In this document: piece by piece, positions 47,369 to 53,579 of the stretch
How positions within the stretch are numbered: the first letter of the stretch is position 1
How the letters are laid out: each line of letters opens with the position of its first letter
Virus record (IMG/VR): IMGVR_UViG_3300032266_000862
Coordinates: 1-53,579 of that record
Length of the DNA: 53,579 nucleotides
Source: a virus
Lineage: Duplodnaviria; Caudoviricetes
Strand: one strand, 5' to 3'
The notes under the pieces: generated by a model
The model's database searches: none
Told to the model about the DNA's origin: nothing
The model's input: only the letters and a program-made list of their open reading frames with translations
Translations under genes and position numbers: made by a program

Positions 47369-49276
47369 ATGGCTTATTACATTCCAAACTATCCTATTGA
47401 TAAAAAAACTTGCATAGGTGATTCTTTACAAACTATCAACGCAAGTTTTTCAAGTTTAGATACTAATTTATATACACTTTCTTCTTATGTATACAGAACT
47501 TTAAAAGGATATGTTCTTTTAAAAATAGGAAATGTTGTCAAAAAATTTGAAGCAACTGCGGATACTGATGTGGCAAGAATGCAAGCTCTGAAAGAAGCAC
47601 TTCAATATGCCCAATTAACGCCATCAATTCCCGCAGTTGCTGAATTGTCCCAAGGGAATTTTAAAATTCCTACAGGTTATCCATTAGCAACATATGCTAC
47701 TAATACAGTAATAGTATTTGATAAAGGATCGTCCGTAACTTATGAAAATCCGAACAATGCAAAATTGGATACATCCTTTTATCGAGGTCCAAGAAATGTT
47801 TTAAATTTTGGAGCAATTCCTAGAGTTGAATTCTCTAATGGTAGTCAGCATAATACCACATATCAATATGATTGTTTACCTGCATTTAATGCTGCTCATT
47901 ATTCAATTCCTGTATCGGAGGCAAATACAGGTGAACCGACTCCAGCATTATCAGCATTAGGTCTTAATTCAGATCTTCGTTTCGGCAGTATATTTCTACC
48001 CGCAGAATCTGGGAGTGTTCGAACAGTATATTATTTATCAGATACATGGTATATATCAGGATTCATCACTGTCGAAGGAGAAAACAGAGAGGTTACTGTG
48101 ACATTTCAGGATAATAGAGCTACTGTGGAGGAAAAATTTGTAATATATTTGCTAGCCAATTGGTCTCTTGGACCTACTGCAAATGGAGCGAATACTTTCT
48201 GTGCATCTTTGAATAATTTTAGTGTTGCCGGTAACAGCATCTACAATCCATTCAGCAGTGGCGTTAGATTTACAGGCAATCAAGGAGGCACTATTCCTTG
48301 GTTACGTATATATGATTGTTCTCTTAGAGGATTTGTAACCGATTCAAAATCAGGGACGTATGATGTGGGATATTTATGGGTTTCCCAAATATTAAGAGGT
48401 CCAGCAATAAGTCTTATTAATTGCACCAATTTCAGTGCTAGTCAAATTGTATCATCATTTGTAAATAACACTCTTTGGGCCAAGGACTCTGATGGGGATT
48501 ACTATTCTGCATTATATTTGGAAGACTGTTTCGGAACTTGTATAAATTCTTTACAAAATGAAGACGTAATAACGGGAGTGAAAATGAAAAGGTGCAACAC
48601 CACAAATATAAATGCAATACAAGCTGGTCCTTATTCAAAAAGTATAACAAATGCCACTAATACAAATCCTATTTCTGTCACTACTCCAGTTGCTCACGGA
48701 AGAACTACCGGAGACAGAGTAACAATTCGAGGAGTTTTAGGAAATACTGCGGCAAACATTAATAATGTTGCCATTTCAGTCATAAACTCCACTCAATTTT
48801 CATTAAGTGGAATTACCGGAAACGGTCCATACACACCATACACACCATACATAACATCTGGAGGAACTTATTATCCTGGAGTAAATTATGGAGCATTGCT
48901 CAAAGACTGTGATCACTGGGACATAAATGGTCAAATATATAATACTGCATATTTTCTTAATGCTTATTCAGGATCAACCTCTGTAAATTCTGTGTCAGGA
49001 GTATATGAAACTAATAGTGTAATTGGAAGACATGCAAATCAAGTAAGATTAAATCCCACGTATAGTTTTGTTTACGACGGAGGAATGGAAAGTAGAGCAG
49101 GAAATATTACATTTTCAACCCCTAACGGTGCAATTAGATTAAAACCAGGACTTGCTACTACTGCAACCTTTACCAGTAGTTCCGTGCAATTGGCATTGGC
49201 AACTCTTCCGACTTCTAATCCTGGTATTCCCGGAAGATTATGGTTAAGTGGGGCAGACCTTAAAGTATCCTTATAA
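47369..49276 (+). CDS. Tail fibre/spike with pectate-lyase-like beta-helix
   Basis: IDKKTCIGDSLQTINASF fibre-type N-terminus, RNVLNFGA motif, beta-helix-like sequence; TAAATA-N5-ATG. Confidence 0.7.
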   Translation: MAYYIPNYPIDKKTCIGDSLQTINASFSSLDTNLYTLSSYVYRTLKGYVLLKIGNVVKKFEATADTDVARMQALKEALQYAQLTPSIPAVAELSQGNFKIPTGYPLATYATNTVIVFDKGSSVTYENPNNAKLDTSFYRGPRNVLNFGAIPRVEFSNGSQHNTTYQYDCLPAFNAAHYSIPVSEANTGEPTPALSALGLNSDLRFGSIFLPAESGSVRTVYYLSDTWYISGFITVEGENREVTVTFQDNRATVEEKFVIYLLANWSLGPTANGANTFCASLNNFSVAGNSIYNPFSSGVRFTGNQGGTIPWLRIYDCSLRGFVTDSKSGTYDVGYLWVSQILRGPAISLINCTNFSASQIVSSFVNNTLWAKDSDGDYYSALYLEDCFGTCINSLQNEDVITGVKMKRCNTTNINAIQAGPYSKSITNATNTNPISVTTPVAHGRTTGDRVTIRGVLGNTAANINNVAISVINSTQFSLSGITGNGPYTPYTPYITSGGTYYPGVNYGALLKDCDHWDINGQIYNTAYFLNAYSGSTSVNSVSGVYETNSVIGRHANQVRLNPTYSFVYDGGMESRAGNITFSTPNGAIRLKPGLATTATFTSSSVQLALATLPTSNPGIPGRLWLSGADLKVSL

Positions 49277-49585
49277 ATCAGGCTTATAAATAGTAATACA
49301 TATTTTATAGCATACTTCTATTAACTTAGTCATCGAAATATCTCTTGCTGTAATTGGCCTATTATGTCGTTTTGATGACAATTTATATTTATATAATGGA
49401 GTAATAACCTCATCGGTCTTATTCGCTAAACATACACAGTGGTCGTCAATTTTATTGTCTTTAATGAATTCTGCAAATGCATCAATTTTATATTCTTTGA
49501 ATTTCTCAGTATAAAAATCCACAAAAATTACATTACCGTTTTTTAGAAAACAGAATCCGTTAATTATTTTATCATTTTTTGGCAT
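49271..49585 (-). CDS. Hypothetical protein
   Basis: Overlapping operon ORF. Confidence 0.55.
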   Translation of the reverse strand: MPKNDKIINGFCFLKNGNVIFVDFYTEKFKEYKIDAFAEFIKDNKIDDHCVCLANKTDEVITPLYKYKLSSKRHNRPITARDISMTKLIEVCYKICITIYKPDL

Positions 49586-49820
49586 TTTTCATAGCAATTA
49601 CTTTTTCAATATCAATGCACCGTTTAGCACAGTAAGAACAAATGATATAATGACGTTTAACAGTATCATATCCTGTATAGAATCTTCCGTAACATTTTTT
49701 ACAGGATGATAATGGGCGTTTTCTTAAAGGAATCTGAAATGCATCCAATGTCTCGTCGTCAGAAACTTCATACACATTGCCTCCAAAAATAGAAAAATAT
49801 AGGTTGTTCATATTATTCAA
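49572..49820 (-). CDS. Small zinc-finger protein
   Basis: CKKCYGRFYTG..CSYC. Confidence 0.65.
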   Translation of the reverse strand: MNNMNNLYFSIFGGNVYEVSDDETLDAFQIPLRKRPLSSCKKCYGRFYTGYDTVKRHYIICSYCAKRCIDIEKVIAMKNAKK

Positions 49821-50190
49821 AAGAAATTTCTAAAATGTTATCAAAAAACCGACTTACGGTTTTTGTATCAATAGTGGTTTTCCATTCGGTTATATTAGAA
49901 AGAGTGTCTGGATGATTTTTGAATAGAGTTTTTAATCGATAATCCATATAAATTAAATTATCCTCTTCATATTCTTCATAAAAGAATGGATAAGGAATTC
50001 GAATTTGATCCAATTTTTTGGACTTTTCAATTGTCAATTCATAATAGAAATTATTACCAATTACACAATTTTTTATCAATAAGAACTTACCTTTCTTAAT
50101 CTGTTCGTCGTTTACGGACAAAGTTAAAACTTTTTGAAAGTATTTTTCAAAAAGTTTTTCGACTTTCTCCGAAGATGTTAAAAAATCCAT
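49813..50190 (-). CDS. Hypothetical late protein
   Basis: TAAATA-N5-ATG. Confidence 0.65.
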   Translation of the reverse strand: MDFLTSSEKVEKLFEKYFQKVLTLSVNDEQIKKGKFLLIKNCVIGNNFYYELTIEKSKKLDQIRIPYPFFYEEYEEDNLIYMDYRLKTLFKNHPDTLSNITEWKTTIDTKTVSRFFDNILEISFE

Positions 50191-50223
50191 GAAAATATTT
50201 AACTATCAATATGAACGATTCAA

Positions 50224-50775
50224 CTATTTTTTCTTTTTTCGGAAACTATTAATATAATCCTTAATATAATCCTTAATCTTATTATAAACACTAGTAACTC
50301 TGTGCGGGACTACTGTTTGATTTGGTTCCTGTTGCTGCTTTGCCTGTTGATGTTTGGCATTTTGTAATGCTGCAAATGCTTCACCCTCATAGCCCATAAA
50401 TTTATTTTTTTGTTGATCGCTCATGTTGATAATAAATTGATTAAACCAATTATAAAAAGATTCCTCTTCTTCGGGATTATTTAGATCAAATAACTGTCGT
50501 ATATTGACAGATTCTGCCCCAAATACCCGATATTCCTGACGAAAAAAATCCCACACAACACAAAGATTTTTCGCTTTGTAATTATACCCCATTCCTTTAC
50601 CCTTTGGAGGACGAAAATGGACCACCTGTTGTCCAAATGGTCCATTCAATAACTTAAAATTGGTAGTTCCTAAAAGTCCCCGGACATTATTCCATTTAAG
50701 CTTTTCATGTCTTCTAGTAAATGTCAGTTCCACTACATTATTAGCTAACATAGCTTGTACTGCATTATTATTCAT
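50224..50775 (-). CDS. SH3/WYL-like beta-barrel protein
   Basis: VVELTFTRR..R...GTTN...LCVVWDFFRQEYRVF pattern; TAAATA-N5-ATG. Confidence 0.55.
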   Translation of the reverse strand: MNNNAVQAMLANNVVELTFTRRHEKLKWNNVRGLLGTTNFKLLNGPFGQQVVHFRPPKGKGMGYNYKAKNLCVVWDFFRQEYRVFGAESVNIRQLFDLNNPEEEESFYNWFNQFIINMSDQQKNKFMGYEGEAFAALQNAKHQQAKQQQEPNQTVVPHRVTSVYNKIKDYIKDYINSFRKKKK

Positions 50776-50791
50776 TTAATTATTTATTCAT

Positions 50792-51832
50792 TTATTCGAC
50801 AGTTATCTGATATTTAATTCCATTAAAATCCTCGTATTCTATTACACTGTGATTTTTATCGTATTTGTATTTATACCACGAAACATAATCTGACCGATCT
50901 CCATTAGATATCATATATTCACTAGGAAGAATAACGTCTGAATCGTATTCCCATTTCATAAAAAATCCGGTAGAATTTTCTTCTTTTATCATTCGCTTTT
51001 TATCATCATAGTCATATGTTATCCAAAACCCGTCAGACTTCTCTAATCTAATTTTGTCACCGTGTTCATTATAAAACCATCGGGTCCAATCACCGTTGGA
51101 ATGTTCATATTTGCTGATTTTACCATCCGAATTGTATTCATAAATATACCAATGTCCATCAGAGTAATCTCCCCTAATAACGTTATTGTTATCATCGTAT
51201 TTTTTTTTGTTCCAATGTCCATCAGAATTTTTATAATAAACTGGGTTATTATTGCTGTCGTATTCCCATTCATCCCAACGTTCATCCCAAATACCTGATG
51301 TATAATATGTTTCGTTTTTACTTTCACGCCGAATTAACTTATTGGACGAATTATATATGGACGTTTCTGTATTTCCGCAAGAATGCTCGAAATAAATTCT
51401 ATTACTATTAAAATCATATTTCTGTTTAATAAAAACTCCATCAGAACTTATTTGATTGATACAATTATTATTTAAATCGTAATCAAACTCTTCCCAATAA
51501 CCATTAGATTTTTGATATCTGATTAAGTTGGAGTTTTTGTCTAATTCAAAAAATTTATGCTCGTCGGGAGGAACAATTCTTAATACTTTAAATTTATCAG
51601 TATAATAATATATGTGATCAGATTTTTTAACATTTCCTAATACTTCAATCTCAATCACATCATCGCTAAAATCCGTATAGAATACATCACGATGATCGAA
51701 TGCCTTCTGCATTTTTTCCCAAACAATAAAGTGACCACTTTCTACATTTATTTGATCAACTGTATACGTTTTGCCTATCTCCAATGTAATATTGTGATAT
51801 CTTAATTTAAAGGATATTATATAAGCTTTCAT
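50792..51832 (-). CDS. Protein with YD-like ~22-aa repeats
   Basis: Repeated YD.N.N.I.Y..S.G.W units after an N-terminal domain. Confidence 0.7.
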   Translation of the reverse strand: MKAYIISFKLRYHNITLEIGKTYTVDQINVESGHFIVWEKMQKAFDHRDVFYTDFSDDVIEIEVLGNVKKSDHIYYYTDKFKVLRIVPPDEHKFFELDKNSNLIRYQKSNGYWEEFDYDLNNNCINQISSDGVFIKQKYDFNSNRIYFEHSCGNTETSIYNSSNKLIRRESKNETYYTSGIWDERWDEWEYDSNNNPVYYKNSDGHWNKKKYDDNNNVIRGDYSDGHWYIYEYNSDGKISKYEHSNGDWTRWFYNEHGDKIRLEKSDGFWITYDYDDKKRMIKEENSTGFFMKWEYDSDVILPSEYMISNGDRSDYVSWYKYKYDKNHSVIEYEDFNGIKYQITVE

Positions 51833-51836
51833 GATT

Positions 51837-52283
51837 TTACTTTCCTGCTAGATGAATATCATTTACTAAATGATTTTGCAGTTGTTCTTCACTACCTTCA
51901 AATTCTACTACAGCCATAACAGAATCTTCTCGAAGAAGCCAAGTTTTGAAACCGCCGATCTTCTGTTCGTAGGGTTGTCCAACTCCTTGAGGAAAACGAA
52001 CAACTTCGCCTTCTTTAGCATACTTGGTTTCAGAACCACAGAGAATAACTTTACCAAGACGATACAATGCCTTTACTTGAGAAACTGGAACATGAATTCC
52101 ATTACGAAGAACACTGTCAGAATCCGGTTCATCCAACAGTTGCACCCATAGAGTATCTTTATATAGATGTTTAATTTTCCATTTGGAAAGATCTACATCA
52201 TAATTGACAATCTTTTCGGAATTGGTGAATTTAGATAATACATGAGAAATGTTAGCGGTTTGTAGCGGAGTAAGGTCTTCCAT
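51837..52283 (-). CDS. GroES-like co-chaperonin (gp31 analogue)
   Basis: LYKDTLWVQL..NGIHVP..GKVILCG....KEGEVVRFP...LLREDSVMAVV; TAAATA-N5-ATG. Confidence 0.8.
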   Translation of the reverse strand: MEDLTPLQTANISHVLSKFTNSEKIVNYDVDLSKWKIKHLYKDTLWVQLLDEPDSDSVLRNGIHVPVSQVKALYRLGKVILCGSETKYAKEGEVVRFPQGVGQPYEQKIGGFKTWLLREDSVMAVVEFEGSEEQLQNHLVNDIHLAGK

Positions 52284-52298
52284 GGAAATATTTACAGG

Positions 52299-52706
52299 CT
52301 ATTTTCTGGATTTCAAGATAGTTTCAGGATTTTCTTGCATAGTTTTAATTAAATCTGGAAAATAATCCAACAATTTCAGCAATTCCTTCTGTGACATCTC
52401 CAAAGATTCTGAAATTCCTTTAATATCAACTTTACACTCCTTTTTTTCTTGAGTCGTTTTGAAATATTTGGAACTATATGTTTTGGATTTGGGAATAATA
52501 CATTTCAGAAAATCGTAAATCTCCTGATTGTCCCGCCAGTTTTTTAACTTAGTATTCAGAATCTCATTAATCAGATGACAATGATCAGGAGAAATGCCCG
52601 AAATATATCGTTGAATCAAATATGGAATAAAAGAATCTCCTTGATTAATTTTATAATACTCCTTTTCAGTGATAATATCTCTAGTAAAATCAGTGGAATT
52701 TTTCAT
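52299..52706 (-). CDS. Clamp-loader small subunit, gp62-like
   Basis: FIPYLIQRYIS..INEILN..IYDFLKCIIPK..KYFK pattern. Confidence 0.65.
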   Translation of the reverse strand: MKNSTDFTRDIITEKEYYKINQGDSFIPYLIQRYISGISPDHCHLINEILNTKLKNWRDNQEIYDFLKCIIPKSKTYSSKYFKTTQEKKECKVDIKGISESLEMSQKELLKLLDYFPDLIKTMQENPETILKSRK

Positions 52707-53504
52707 TTAAACTTTGTTTTTATAGTGACCGTATTTTGCCTTGAATTTCTTGGCAAGTTCCTGCCACAAATTATCATCCCGGAATTCGCCAAGTCCCGCA
52801 TGAATACAAAAAATTGGACAAACTCCCATAGATAAATCATAATCATGTGCATTCCAAGCACATGCAAGATCATAGTGGTGGAATGTAAATTCTTTATCAA
52901 ATAGTTGTGTAGCATGATGCACTGAACAATCTAGATATCTGAGATCATCCTCCGTATCTTTCGTAAAAATACTAGATAATTTAATGGAAATAAACAATCC
53001 GTCAATAACAACTACTGGACTTGGAGAAGGACCGAAATATGCAGAATTGACATAGGCTTCTGGTGCCCCATTAAATCCTTTTGGGACAAAATGTGAGACA
53101 AATCCTCTACCATCTGAGGGACGATCCATCGCCAGATGCCAAACTGGAGGACCGGATTTCGTATAATCTTGGGAAGTTGCTCCTGCAAGTCCTACAATGT
53201 CATAAGTCTTGTGCGCAGTGATTAATTTCTTAAACATAAAATGATCATGAATAACAAGATCGTCGTGCATAAAAATGACATAATCTGCATCCTCAATATC
53301 TTCACCTTCGTCCAGATAATTTTGATACAATTCTGACAATCCAATTTTATTTTCACAGAATGGAACAATTCGATAATCGTAGCCTGTTCTGACATAATCG
53401 TTGGAACTACAGATTTCATGAAGACATTTATAACAATCCGTTTTATGAAATTCGGAAATAGTCAACTGTGTGGGAATGACGATATGGAACATTTGAATAA
53501 GCAT
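52707..53504 (-). CDS. Glycosyltransferase (GT-A / family 2-like)
   Basis: YVIFMHDD, DIVGLAG, VVIDGLF, FDKEFTFHHYD; TTGATT-N16-TATGTT-N5-ATG upstream. Confidence 0.8.
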   Translation of the reverse strand: MLIQMFHIVIPTQLTISEFHKTDCYKCLHEICSSNDYVRTGYDYRIVPFCENKIGLSELYQNYLDEGEDIEDADYVIFMHDDLVIHDHFMFKKLITAHKTYDIVGLAGATSQDYTKSGPPVWHLAMDRPSDGRGFVSHFVPKGFNGAPEAYVNSAYFGPSPSPVVVIDGLFISIKLSSIFTKDTEDDLRYLDCSVHHATQLFDKEFTFHHYDLACAWNAHDYDLSMGVCPIFCIHAGLGEFRDDNLWQELAKKFKAKYGHYKNKV

Positions 53505-53557
53505 ATCTCAACATACCACATTTCCAGAAAGAATCAACGATAAATATAAGTAATTTT

Positions 53558-53579
53558 ATGACGTATCCCAATCTTTTCA
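53558..53579 (+). CDS. Start of a late gene running off the window (MTYPNLF...)
   Basis: TAAATA/TAAGTA boxes, the latter 5 nt before the ATG. Confidence 0.5.

Noticed and set aside
1-53579. Stop-codon reassignment, tRNA or rRNA genes
   Set aside because: Core genes are intact in the standard code, all three stop codons terminate genes, and I saw no cloverleaf or rRNA-like sequence in the short intergenic gaps (no scan was run).

Overview
This 53.6 kb AT-rich window is the virion-morphogenesis region of a large T4-superfamily myovirus, read in the standard genetic code. T4-like core genes can be recognised: baseplate gp25 and gp6, neck gp13/gp14, tail terminator gp15, terminases gp16/gp17 (gp17 carrying a class-3 intein), sheath gp18, tube gp19, portal gp20, protease gp21, core gp67-like and gp22, major capsid gp23, GroES-like and clamp-loader gp62-like. 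They are scrambled over both strands and interleaved with fibre/adhesin genes, accessory enzymes and a homing endonuclease. Four points stand out. (1) I count 35 genes with a TAA(A/G)TA late-promoter box exactly 5-7 nt before the start codon and no Shine-Dalgarno, which implies gene-by-gene leaderless late transcription. (2) A family of otherwise unrelated genes shares an N-terminal MRF(S/A)(E/D)(F/Y)F..(F/I)L(K)E leader resembling a capsid-targeting, gp21-cleaved peptide. It is attached to two ART-like paralogues, a HExxH zinc protease and a 27-aa stub, so this is a candidate set of virion-packaged effectors. (3) Several of these genes are flanked by direct repeats containing the promoter box, suggesting cassette-like gain and loss. 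(4) There is a membrane-anchored PAS protein, dispersed spanin-like genes, and L-S-A/G-rich insertions in structural proteins alongside a glycosyltransferase and a sulfotransferase. All family assignments come from motif recognition by eye; no searches were run.
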